DNA of 64,000 nucleotides, from contig NC_042997.1 in NCBI RefSeq assembly GCF_006345805.1, positions 125,612,001 through 125,676,000 on the forward strand, written 5' to 3'. The position numbers were made by a program, and so were the translations under genes. This stretch comes from Octopus sinensis. Taxonomy: Eukaryota. Below are positions 25,798 through 38,183 of this stretch, piece by piece. Under the pieces are notes generated by a model. The model saw only the letters and a list, made by a program, of their open reading frames with translations, had not been told where the DNA came from and did no database searches. Numbering within the stretch: the first letter of the stretch is position 1; every line of letters begins with the position of its first letter.

Positions 25798-26105
25798 TCT
25801 ATAATGCTTGGCATACCAATACATATACCCAGGTGATTCCTGTTATTTCTTACATAACTAAATAACCACAAAGAAGATGGATACGTACGAGTTTGTTTAA
25901 AGGGGAGAGATTAAGACTGCGATAAAATAAAGAAAGAAATACAAAGGATCGTGGGTAAGGCCAGAACAATGCGAAGTAAAAGAGTAAAATGAGTAATCTA
26001 GGAAAGAAATGAGCAAGAAAGTAATATTTACTGTGCGAATGGATATTATCAGATGATTAAAAAAAATACAATGGAAAATTAGACGAAAAATCAGAAAAAT
26101 TACAC

Positions 26106-26263
26106 AGGAGTGGCTATGTGGTAAGTAACTTGCTTACCAACCACATGGTTCCGGGTTCAGTTCTACTGTGTGGCATCTTGGGAAAGTGTCTACTACTATA
26201 GCCTGGGGCCGACCAAAGCCTTGTGAGTGGATTTGATAGATGGAAACTGAAAGAAGCCCGTCG

Positions 26264-26294
<31 letters not shown>

Positions 26295-26559
26295 ATGTGT
26301 GTATGTATGTGTGTGTGTATGTATGTGTGTGTATATGTTTCTGTGTCTATGTTTGTCCCCCCAGCATCGCTTGACAACCGATGCTGGTGTGTTTGCATCC
26401 CCGTAACTTAGCGGTTCGGCAAAAGACACCGATAGAATAAGTACTAGGCTTACAAAGAATAAGTCATGGGGTCGATTTGCTCGACTAAAGGCGGTGCTCC
26501 AGCATGGCCGCAGTCAAATGACTGAAACAAGTAAAAGTGTAAAAGAGTAAAAGAGTAAA
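26106..26559 (+). mobile_element. SINE family A (full length)
   Basis: GGAGTGGCTATGTGGTAAG head to (GTAAAAGA)x3 tail. Confidence 0.92.
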
Positions 26560-26574
26560 TGAACGACGGTAGTC

Positions 26575-26785
26575 AATCGGTGGAGACACACACACACACA
26601 AACACACACAAACACGCATGATACATATAATATATATATGTATGTATACGACGAGCTTCCTCACAGTTTCCATCACGCACAAGGCATTGATCGGCTCAGT
26701 ACTATAGTAGAAGACACTTACCCAAAGTGCTGCGCAGTAGGCTTCAACTCGAAACCACATGGTAGCAATCTCAACCACGCAGCCG
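26575..26785 (-). mobile_element. Diverged SINE family A-related 5' half
   Basis: TACGACGAGCTTCC...ACTATAGTAGAAGACACTTACCCAAAGTGC...ACCACGCAGCC matches the A head in reverse. Confidence 0.7.
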
Positions 26786-26989
26786 TGGACTAATCTATAT
26801 TATACAATATTGTAAGTTTATAAAGTAACGAGCAAAACGCCCCCCGTCCAATGGACGGTGCTGAGTTGTCAAACATTTAAACCAAATTTTCTCAAAACAA
26901 CTTGTCCGACCGTCCCATAGGCCTCCCCTTTGAGAAACACTGATTTAACCTAAATTTGAGACACCAGCAAAAGAAAAAATAAAGATAGA

Positions 26990-27202
26990 CTGTTTTTCTA
27001 TTCCAAGAAAAGCGATTTTACAAATGCACGTTCCCAGGGCTTTATCGATCGCATTCTCACCTGGAATCGATTTTTGTAATTTTTTCACGCCCTGATACCG
27101 TTGGTATCTACATATCAAATTTGAGCGCAATCGGATGGAGGATGCCCGAGATCCTAGAAGACACACACACAGACAGACAGAATGGATTTTATATAATAGA
27201 TT
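26990..27202 (+). mobile_element. Possible Helitron/Helentron-type non-autonomous element end
   Basis: CAAATTTGAGCGCAATCGGATG...(ACAG)n...TTTTATATAATAGAT resembles recalled DINE-1/HINE-like 3' ends. Confidence 0.4.
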
Positions 27203-27489
27203 TTCCCATCAAGTGATACAACTTCCTTTCAGCTCTGGTGAATATAGCTTGTTGGCCATTTACAAAGTAATGTTACTGTAGTGCTCGCCCTCTCTCCTAT
27301 GATGTAAAAGATAGAGGAAAAATTTTTAAATAGCACAAATGGAACGAGGGGAAATAAGTGACAGACAGCTGGACAACGTGAAAGGTTAGAAGAGGTTGAC
27401 AAAAACTCAGAAAGTGATGGGTACAATGTAGACACAAAGAAAATTAATAAGGTTGTGTACAGTGAATTGTATGCCAAAAGAAAACGAGA

Positions 27490-27960
27490 AAGAAAAAAGT
27501 AAACTGACGTTTCGGGTGAACCCTTTATCAATGTTTAGTAAGAAGCAAGACAAAAGAAGTTAGAAAAGAAATACCTATTTGAAGCATACCTATTTGACCA
27601 CTTCCAAATTTTTCGCACCTTCAGTCCGTTTAACCGTAATGATTCACAACTTTGAGTTACTTGAATATTCTATTTAAATTATTCAATCCTCAACAAACGA
27701 GAGAACTCTTTGAAGCTTAGAGCTTACACTTTATGGTCGAAGGTCATTCATTCTGAATCATCTCGCCTCAAGTCTTTATCTGGCTTCCTTACATATCGAG
27801 TGATATTCTGTTTAATCTTGCCAGTTGTCCATAAAAATACACCAAGAATTTCAAGTTGTTGCTGTTGCTTGTATAGTTCACTGTACTGTACTCATGCAAA
27901 AATCCCGGTCAATCTAAGTGTATGTTCTACATTAGAACATATTAATATTTTACCGCCTTA
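27490..27960 (-). mobile_element. Probable Penelope-like remnant with decayed HHR (27500-27535)
   Basis: Reverse complement TTGATAAA-GGG-TTCA-CCC-GAAACGTC-AG is the usual PLE CTGATGAAGGG..CCCGAAACGTC motif with core substitutions; weak GIY-YIG-like words upstream. Confidence 0.45.
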
Positions 27961-28494
27961 GTTTACAGCGTTAAGTTGCGCTTACGTCATAAAAATGTCC
28001 AGATGAAAAGTAAGAGCCAGAAACTTAGCATTCTGCAACTCCATACGGCAGCTGAATGTATCAAATCTTTCCACAAACTACCCATATAACTAATGATTCG
28101 GTTGTTGCGGTATTAAGCTCAACTGCTGTGGATACAACTAGAAAATGTGTAGAAAATACGTGGATGCAACTAGAAAATGCGTAGACTCTCACTAACCTCA
28201 GGGAAAAGCCAATGGTGGGGTGGTGGGGAGTGTTGGTCAAACATTAATGAATAATCTTGCTGCGGAAGACAAATAATGAACTCGGCTGGCAGAGGGTAGA
28301 CATTATTTCAGAAGGTAACCATTGTGACCCAGGAGACAATGAGTAACTTACTTGACCTCTAGTTTCGTCTATTCCGTAGACATCTTAGTGAGGACTGCTC
28401 GAATGGCACATTTCGGCTAATTCCACCCCTGTCAGCATATATATGTATTTAGCATAAAAATTTATGGATGTCTTAGCAGAATGCTAATACGTAT

Positions 28495-28812
28495 ATAAAA
28501 AAGTAATATAAACAGCTAGGCGCAATGTGATACCATAAAGGAAAAATTCAATCATCATCAGGTATGACTCAGGGTACCGACGCACCGACATTGCTAAAAA
28601 TAAGAGTTAAAATACTCTTAATGCGAGTCGACAATGGGGCGGTTGCTTCCTCTGTCAGCATGTATTTGCTCTCTTCCAACAGCATTAAGAGTATTTTAAC
28701 TCTTATTTCTAGCAATGTGGGTGTATCGACACCCTTAATCACACTTAGTGACGATTGAATTTTTCCTTTATGATATCACATTGTGCCTGGCTGTTTATAT
28801 TAATGTTATATA
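28495..28812. repeat. Imperfect foldback (arms ~130 bp, ~55 bp spacer), probable MITE
   Basis: 28495-28625 aligns as reverse complement to 28681-28812 (e.g. AAGAGTTAAAATACTCTTAATGC / GCATTAAGAGTATTTTAACTCTT). Confidence 0.8.
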
Positions 28813-29360
28813 TATATATATATATATATATGAAAGAAGGTTTAAAAATGCAATTTTAAACGTTGTTTATTTACTTGACCGGTTTCACTTTTTTAGGAAA
28901 AAGTTTGTCAAAAGTAACATGTAAAAGCTTGGTTGTGTTAGGTACTGGTTGTCACTAAATATTACAATATATATATATATACATTCTTTGATAATAAGAA
29001 CATGTTAAGAACAGTTTACAAGGGAAAATCTTGGGAAAATATAAAAAAGTTTAACAAGTTCATTAAAATATTGGGCACAAAAGATTACAATATATATATA
29101 CATTCTTAAGAAAATATTAAAGACAGTTTTCAGAAAGAATTATTAAAAAGTTCAGTAGAAATTTTGGTGTTGTATCTGTATATATATACACAGAATATTA
29201 TAAGTTCAAAAAAAGTTTACATTTTAGTAGTAGGGTAGTTTTAACTGACCTGATTCACCATGTTATCGTAAGAGATAGCAGTCTATATAATTCCACTTGT
29301 GCGGTACGTTACAAATCCACTTTGTTATATATATAATATATATATATATATATATGTATG

Positions 29361-29419
<59 letters not shown>

Positions 29420-29740
29420 AACATGCACATGCGTTAAGGAGGACAATAAATGTTAAGGCAAGGCAAACATCTCTCAAGACATATACATATTATATTGGAA
29501 ATTCAAAATCTTACGGCTGTTTCTGGGATACTCAGAGCATGATATTCCGTCAACGGAGACAAATAGGGAAAATTAGAAGAGTATAGATTAATGAAAGGAC
29601 GACATAGAGGACAGGAGGGAAGAAATAAAGAGATAAAGAATGGGAAGTGTGTGTGTGTGTATATATACAATGCATACATACATGCATTCATACATGTATA
29701 CACATACACATATATATATATGTATGCATGCATACATACA

Positions 29741-29771
<31 letters not shown>

Positions 29772-30119
29772 GTTCGTACATACATGTGTATGTGAAAGAT
29801 ACACACATGTACCGTTTCTTTTCTTGATTTTTTTTCTTCTTTCTAACTCTATTTAGATAAAGACAGTGTTCACTTGAAAAGTCCACCTACTTATTTTCCT
29901 TTTCCTTTTCCTTTACAATTCAATGTGCACAATTCTTAGTGTTTATTTTTTTCTTTTCTTTTGTACATACATTTTGTCCACCACCTTTTTAATTTTTCTC
30001 TACCTCTTGTAACCTCTCACGTTGTCCAATCTCTCCCTCTCTTATTTCTCTCGTTCTAAATGTGCTATTTAGCTTTGTACGAACACACACACACACATGC
30101 ACGCACGCACGCACACACA

Positions 30120-30191
30120 TACACACACACATACAAACATACATACATACATACATACATACATACATACATACATACATACATACATGCA

Positions 30192-30225
<34 letters not shown>

Positions 30226-30424
30226 CATACATGCATACGTACGTACATACATACATACATACATACATACATACATACATACATACATACATACATACAT
30301 ACATACGTACGTACATACATACATACATACATACATGCATGCATACATACATACATACATACATACATACATACATACATACATACATACATACATACAT
30401 ACATACATACATACATACATACAT
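30120..30424. repeat. Long (TACA)n microsatellite with TACG/TGCA variant units
   Basis: Direct reading; source of several spurious ORFs. Confidence 0.95.
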
Positions 30425-31025
30425 GCGTCGGTGTGTTCACTTTTGTTAACGCATATATTATATACACAAGCGCATATATTTACATCTGTATATATGTGTG
30501 TGGGTTGTGAAAAGATAGACAGATGGAGAGAGAGAGAGAATGCTAAACTATTCTATGAAGCAGTTAAATTTTTTTCTTAGGCAAAGTATAATATAATTGA
30601 CGACAGGGGTTAAGCACTTTTTAAACGAAACGAAATCTATGAAAGCGAAACACACAATGCACAACGCAAGAGATAATAAGAGTTGAGAATTTTTTATTAA
30701 CGAATGGTACTGCAACGAAAATAAAAACATTCTGATCAACAGAGTATCATTTTAGTCTTCTATTTACTGCAGTAATCTGAACTTGGATGACATCTTGAAT
30801 TACATTGTACATTTTATCTCAACAGAAAAAGAAATTTTTCGTTTGACACTTCATCTTACACATATATGCACTTAACACAACCTTGCCCAGTTCATGTACA
30901 TCGTTGCGATGCAGATGACCTGAGTGAGAGACATATATGTATACGTATGTATCTATAAATATATATATATGTGTGCATAAAAACATATACATTCATATAT
31001 ACATATGTGTATGTATGTATATTAT

Positions 31026-31060
<35 letters not shown>

Positions 31061-31269
31061 TATATAATATATATATACACTCACACACACACATACATGC
31101 ATATATGTTACAGAACGTCACTAACTTTGCAAATAACATGAAATACGTAAGCAACGAGAAAAATGAAGAAACATAACAAGTTAACACAGAGAAAGGACCT
31201 TTCATCAGTTGTTGGCTGACTATCTACTCCTCATTTCGAGCATTCAACGACAATATGAGTCTTCAAAGA

Positions 31270-31890
31270 CAGTTGCTCCCATAAATTCTAAGATTATGGA
31301 TGGAAGATAACAGTTTACTCAGAGTAACTGCCCTTAGCTTCAATCACAGCCTCAAGACATCTCCAGAACCTGGGACATGCGCTCTTCCTCATATCCTAGA
31401 CAAGATCTTCGAACACCTCCTTGAATTTGGCAACCATTCGTCCTTGGTATTGCAGACAGATAAGAAATATGACAAGGAACTGAAGCCTGCTGCAACATTT
31501 ATGGCCAATCATCTTCATCCAGGTTTTGACCAGTTTCAAGCAGTTTCACTTAGCCCTCTGAATTAAGACTGTTGAAAGATGCGGGATGGCATGACATCAC
31601 CATCACTGAAAAAACACTCAAAGACCATCACAGTTTGGAGAAACTTGGTTGTCATGATGTCCACGTCACATCTTACAGTCTTTAAAGTATTCGCAGAATC
31701 ACTAAGCATCAGGTAAGTATTTTCCAATGTTTAGATGGCTTCCAGTCCTCTGTGTCAGCTAACTTATTCTCAACAACAACTTTAACCTTTATGTTCTCCA
31801 ACGCTGCTGACTGTTCACCAATATATCAAGCTGTATCTGAAAAAATTAAGTCTAAAAAATCGTCAAATTCATCCCGAATATCAAATATAC
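31270..31890 (-). pseudogene. maT/DD37D-like transposase remnant
   Basis: IMTTKFLQTVMVFECFFSDGDVMPSRIF...KGSYSE* parallels the element at 15224-16104. Confidence 0.65.
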
Positions 31891-31944
31891 ACGTTAGCTA
31901 ATGCACACAGATGGCTGTTTAGCTTAACATTGATTGCACTAAAT

Positions 31945-32041
<97 letters not shown>

Positions 32042-32139
32042 CATATATATTAGGATCACCACTACTTTATTATATCCCCTTCTCCCTAGTCCTCCTGTGT
32101 GACCCTTCTGTCCGGCATTCGCCATAATAGATCGCTAGC

Positions 32140-32285
32140 CACTACACTACACATTCTTTATTTTCTCTCCTTGTTTCTTTCTGAGTTCCTTTCTGTGGAA
32201 GAGCGTAGGCTCGAAACGTTAAAGACTTTTCCCTTCCCGTGCGTTATACTAATACATCTGTTTGTTGTCTACACCACCTGTCATC
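32140..32285 (+). mobile_element. Family B Penelope-like terminal repeat (HHR-like motif 32189-32224)
   Basis: CTTT-CTGTGGAA-GAGC-GTAG-GCTC-GAAAC-GTT-AAAG. Confidence 0.65.
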
Positions 32286-32301
32286 TATATGTATGTATAT
32301 A

Positions 32302-32353
<52 letters not shown>

Positions 32354-32964
32354 CAGACAGAAACAAAACAAATACAAATAACAAAAAAACGACAACAAAA
32401 GTCCAAGGGGCATTTACAGTTAATATTAGGTTGATGCTCAAGGAAAATCTAGAAGCGACTAAGAAGAGAGGAAAAGAAAGACAAAAAGGAGAACGGAAGA
32501 GAATGTGTGTGTGTGTCTACATATATATATAAACATTTTGCTAGGCATACTCACGATTCTGCCAGCTCACCGCCTTATCGGCAGCCAAAATAAGTCCTTT
32601 GTTACACTCTCAGATAAAAATCAGAATAGTAACTCTCCACTCAAAAAAAGCAGAAAAAAATGGTACCTGATATTTCTTTCATTTTGATTGATAGTAATTT
32701 AATATTATGTTTCGTAGAGAGCACGTTAGTTATGCTATGTTGTCTTAAACAACCTTACTAATCTTCAGAATACCTAGGAAATGTGTACAAATGATTCTAT
32801 GTTATAACTTATCTTGAGGTTTTAGGTACTTTTTAGAATAATTAAGAATTCTGTTCAAGGCCTTCAGTGTCCTACACTATTGGTAACGCCCTCACGCGCT
32901 AATATATGTCTTCTTTTGGAATGGATGTATTTGCCAATATACAGGATATACAAGCGTGTGTGTT

Positions 32965-32995
<31 letters not shown>

Positions 32996-33200
32996 ACGTG
33001 TATGTATATAGTTGTTTGGGGGAATAGATACGTTTCCCATTATACAGAGTGTGTGTATGTATGCACATATATGTTACACGTATATGTGTGTGTGTATGCA
33101 TGCATGCATGCGTGTATGTATGTATATACGTGTAACATATATGTATGTGTACGTGTATGCATATATATTAATATATATATATATATATATAATATATATT

Positions 33201-33250
<50 letters not shown>

Positions 33251-33289
33251 ATATATACACACACACACATGTGCATGTGTATATACATA

Positions 33290-34166
33290 CATAGTCTGAT
33301 CAATAAGTAATAATCTGAACTGTTGCTATAGTAACGAAGCTAAAACATGCAGCGTGAAATTGCTTGGCAATGATTGACCTTCAACACTGATGAGTATGCG
33401 CACTAAATTTTAACGTTCAAGCTCACTTCCGCTGTTTACGGCAGTGCTTGGAAGGGAGGTGTGTAGTGTGTGATCATCGCATTGACCATGACAGAGTAAG
33501 TTCTCATGGCAATACCTACTCAGTTGCAGAAAGTCTATGGAGAGAAGTGTATGAGCCGCACTGAAGTATACGAGTGGTTCCGACGTTTCCAAGATGGCCG
33601 AAAAAGTAACGATGTTGGCGAACATTCTGGGAGGTCCGCAACCAACAGAACTGAGAAAAGCATCGCAGATATACGTGCAGCTATGAGGGGAATCACCGTC
33701 CGTGAGTTATCAGAGGATGTGCAGATTAGTGACGGTCCAGTTCAGTCTATTATCACTGAAGAATTGGGTATGAGATGCGTGTCTGCCAAGTTCATGCTAA
33801 AACTGCTTTCAGCTGACCAAAAAGAAATTCGGGTTTCAGTTGCACAAAAATTCCTAGATTGTGTCGAGAACGATGAAAACTTTTTTGAAAACTTTATTAA
33901 GACCTGTGAGCAGGTATCGCCAAGCTTTTGGCAAAATTTGATGCAGATTCTCAGCTCAACTTTCTTTGTCGTGGTCAAAGCGAAAATCAAACACTACACA
34001 CCTTCCTTCCAAGCACTGCTGTAAACAGTAGAAGTGAGTTAGAACGTTAAAACTTCGTGCGCATGCAAAGCAGAGTTCAAGGTCAATATTTACCAAGCGA
34101 CTTTACGTTGCGTGCTTTAGCTTCGTTACTAAGGCAACCGTCCGGATACTTATTGATCAGACCACG
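33290..34166 (+). mobile_element. mariner foldback derivative with two 5' ends; HTH-only transposase remnant
   Basis: TA-flanked TIRs C(A/G)T(A/G)GTCTGATCAATAAGTA. ORF 33506-34024 has mariner HTH motifs (QKVYGEKCMSRTEVYEWFRRF, ITVRELSE, VSAKFMLKLL); 33895-34166 is an inverted second copy of the 5' end (RICIKFCQKLG). Confidence 0.88.
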
Positions 34167-34372
34167 TATATATAAATATACATGTACATCCATACACATA
34201 TATACATACACACATACATAATTTAATGCACACACACATAACACACATATATGTATGTGTATGTAAGTTGCCAATGTTCTGCTGAATCGATTTTTGCTGT
34301 TAGGGAATGTGTTTGTACATGTGTGTATGCGTGTATGTGCGTGCGTATGAATGTGAGCGTGTGTGTGTGTGT

Positions 34373-34433
<61 letters not shown>

Positions 34434-35039
34434 TTAATGTGTGTGTTTGTTTAAGTGATCGTTAAGTCTTAGTTATGTCTCAGCTAACCGGAATCAAATT
34501 CGACATATTATATCTTAACTGAACTTATAAAAATAGACTTATGGCTCCTTAAGTTATGGCTTGATCGAACATCTGCCAATAGAAACGACTTTTCACTGCT
34601 TAGCCAGGCGATATTAAACCAGTTAATTTACATTTTGAATTCTTCAATTTCAAAAGGATGTCGTAAAAAAAAAAAAGACGAACGGAATATATAAAGGATA
34701 ATGCCGGTTTGAGAATTAACGGGGAATGTGGGCAACGGTTAGCAAATATAGGCAAATATTCAGTTTTATTGTTATTCTCTCTATATTCTGACTTCAAATC
34801 AAAATCTCTGATATTGCTTTTTCTCGAATTTGAAAGTTTTCTGAACATTTTTCGATTTCCAATTGTGAAATTAAGTGCAGATTTTATTAACAACATATTT
34901 TGACAGGGAGAAAAAAAAAAGAGCAAACTTTAAAATATAAAAGATGAAATTATCGAGAGAAAATTTCCATAACTGCCTCACCAAGGAAACAAGGTAAAAG
35001 AAAACATGGCGGGGGGGAGGTTAAGCTGCAGAAGGTAGG

Positions 35040-35325
35040 TAGAGTGTGATGGGTTGTACATCTTAGAATAAATGGCGTGTTTAGCGGCGCCTTGCAGACA
35101 TGATTGCAAAAGCGTTGTCGCGCAGAATGGCCAGAGGCACTCATTGCAACAGCTACTCGACCTCGCAGGGCTCATTCTTCAAGCGGGCCGCAGTTATCCC
35201 GATTTTGCTGAAGAAATCAGCAGTGTGGGGTCCAAAAACATCTGAGGTTTCGACGATGACCCGCACAAACTGATAGCGACCGGTCAGGTTCCTGTATTTG
35301 TTTATCTCTTCTGCCTTAGGTCAAC
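35040..35325 (-). mobile_element. CRE-clade-like RLE retrotransposon 3' end
   Basis: KYRNLTGRYQFVRVIVETSDVFGPHTADFFSKIG...EPCEVE*LLQ*VPLAILRDNAFAI fits the recalled KY..L...F.P..vET.G.wG...L.QR.S.A.QRGNA C-terminus of CRE-type ORFs. Confidence 0.65.
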
Positions 35326-35694
35326 TTTCCCGTTCATAATTTTGGGGATAGCTGGAACAACGTTCCAATTCAGTGTTTGAGGTCTAATTGATTTAATTGC
35401 TTCCACTCCACAAAAGATTCTGATCTTATTTTCGCGTTATAAATTATTATTTTAAAATACCTAATCATTGTATAATTTTGACGCAAAAACTACATACTCT
35501 GAATGTCATTCTAAGATCTACGAGTTACATTTTGACTATGCGTTGCTGAGAAGGTTTAAGACCTGAACATATCCGTCGCTATTACAATCCAGTGGTAATA
35601 CTCACTCCACACAACATACCTCCATCAGGCGATTTAAATTTCAGAGTTCTTTCCCTTGCTTCACTTAAGAAATATTACTGCTAACAATTTTTTC

Positions 35695-35924
35695 TTACTC
35701 TTTTACTCTTTTACTTGTTTCAGTCATGTGACTGCGGCCATGCTGGAGCACCGCCTTTAGTCGAGCAAATCGACCCCAGGACTTATTCTTTGCATGCCTA
35801 GTACTTATTCTATCGGTGTCTTTTGCCGAACCGCTAAGTTACGGGGACGTAAACATACCAGCATCAGTTGTCAAGCGATGTTGGAGAGACAAACACAGAC
35901 ACACAAACATATACACACACATAC

Positions 35925-36017
<93 letters not shown>

Positions 36018-36193
36018 ATATATATACACGACGGGCTTCTTTCAGTTTCCGTCTACCAAATCCGCTCACAAGGCTTTGGTCGGCCCGAGGCTATAGTAGA
36101 AGACACTTGCCCAAGGTGCCACGCAGTAGGTCTGAACCCGGAACTATGTAGTTCGTAAGCAAAGCTACTTACCACGCAGCCATTCCTACGCCT
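35695..36193 (-). mobile_element. SINE family A (full length)
   Basis: Reverse-complement match head to tail; 5' flank is a (TTA/AAT)n array. Confidence 0.92.
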
Positions 36194-36261
36194 AATAATA
36201 ATAACAATAATCCTTATTATTATTATTATTATTATTATCATTATTATTATTATTATTATTA

Positions 36262-36293
<32 letters not shown>

Positions 36294-36507
36294 CATTATT
36301 AATTTGTCGTTGTTACTGAGGCTGTTAGTTTATACCTTACCACACAATTTTGCTTGTACATTAGGAGTGTATTTCACTTTTCATTATTATGAGTTAATTA
36401 GTTAACTAATTACCTAATTAACCAATCGATTTTGATCAATAAAACAGTTGAGTCATGAAAGTCTTTTCATTGTAATCTATGACATTATCGATGACATGCC
36501 TTTACCT

Positions 36508-36665
36508 CAAGGGCGGACTGAGCCGTCGGTCAATCGGGCACTGCTCGAGGGCCCGAAGCTCTGATGGCCCCGCACTCTACATGTTAATTCTACTAAAACA
36601 CACATTCAAAGGGGCCAGGTAAACAGTTATGCCCGAAGGCCCTTAATACTCTCAGTCCGCCCCTG
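36508..36665. mobile_element. hAT-type MITE, 158 bp
   Basis: 15-bp TIRs CA(A/G)GGGCGGACTGAG (14/15); flanking 8-mers CTTTACCT / CTTCACCA (6/8) consistent with an aged 8-bp TSD. Confidence 0.8.
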
Positions 36666-36685
36666 CTTCACCAGCTTTAAATATT

Positions 36686-37117
36686 ATTTACTACTCTAGG
36701 CACAAGGTCCGAAATTTGGGGGGGTGGGGGCCAGTCGATTAGATCGACCCCAGTACGCAACTGATACCTAATTTATCAACCCGAAAGGATGAAAGGCAAA
36801 GTCGACCTGGGCGGAATTTGAACTCAGAACGTAAAGACAGACGAAATACCGCTAAGCATTTCGCCCGGTGTACTAATGTTTCTTATTTCTTTATTGCTCA
36901 CAAGGAGCTAATTATAGAGGGGACAAACAAGGACAGACAAAGGGATTAAGTCGATTACATCGACCCCAGTGCATAACTGGTACTTATTTAATCGACCCCA
37001 AAAGGATGAAAGGCAAAGTCGACCTCGGCGGAATTACGAACCCAGAACGTAACGGCAGACGAAATACGGCTACGCATTTCGCCCGTCGTGCTAACGTTTC
37101 TGCCAGCTTGCCGCCTT
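36686..37117 (-). mobile_element. SINE family G tandem dimer (junction about 36883)
   Basis: Two units; the downstream unit again lacks the first ~16 nt; the upstream unit has a distinct AATAAAGAAA tail. Confidence 0.9.
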
Positions 37118-37925
37118 CACCTGCTTTAAATATTGTCTCTTTTCTATTGCCTTCAGTAATATTTGCTCAATTAACACCTACTCATTGTATGTATCTATCC
37201 AGTAGACAACTTAACGCTGAATTAACAGTCATCATTTACACAGTCTATTCATATCGTCAACATCTACACTTTCTGACTCTGTAGTCGACTTCAAAAAAAA
37301 CCTCTCCTTGTAACACACATCTACATCTATGCAGTCAAACACGTATATAACGTTTCTATCTACTGAAATACAATACGTCTCACTATCCCTGATCTACATA
37401 CTGTATCTGTGTAGTCAATATGTCCGCCATGTCTCCGTCTAACCAACATCTACGTACTGCGTCTATCTTGTCAACATCTACGCGCTGTAATTGTGCAATC
37501 AATAGCTAAATGTGTGTCCATCGAGTCAATATCTTCAATATCCTTTCGATATGTTTGCATAACAAGTTAATATCAACACACAGTATCTGTATAGTTAGAC
37601 GTTATCTACACACCGTCGACATTTACTCGCTTGTAGATGATGATGATGATGATGATGGTAGTGGTGGTTGTAAGAGGAGGAGGAGGGAGAGAGATTATCG
37701 CAAATATTTTTATTTATTTTTTTCCCTTTTTACAAAAGAATTACTTCTCTTTGTCATTAAGACCATACTTTAAATCTAAAACCCCTAATTTCAAATTGAA
37801 TCAAATTGAATCTCTCAGATCCAATTAGATATCACTAACTTCAAGCTAAAGACCTCTAATTCATGCAAAGGTCACAAATTTAATTAATGAATTTTATAAT
37901 AACCAATGTGTATATGTATGTATGC

Positions 37926-37958
<33 letters not shown>

Positions 37959-37968
37959 TGTATGTATG

Positions 37969-38062
<94 letters not shown>

Positions 38063-38132
38063 TTGGAAAAATCAATTCTTTGTGTTTGTATTATATACAT
38101 GTTTTTAGCGTAATTCTATGCACATAATTACA

Positions 38133-38183
<51 letters not shown>

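Noticed and set aside
29989-30580. Long ORFs such as MYVCMYVC..., HTYIHTYI..., YIYIYI... (also 13.7-14.9, 16.4-16.9, 19.6-21.3, 23.2-24.6, 54.1-54.6 kb)
   Set aside because: They are translations of stop-free (TA)n, (TG)n and (TACA)n microsatellites.
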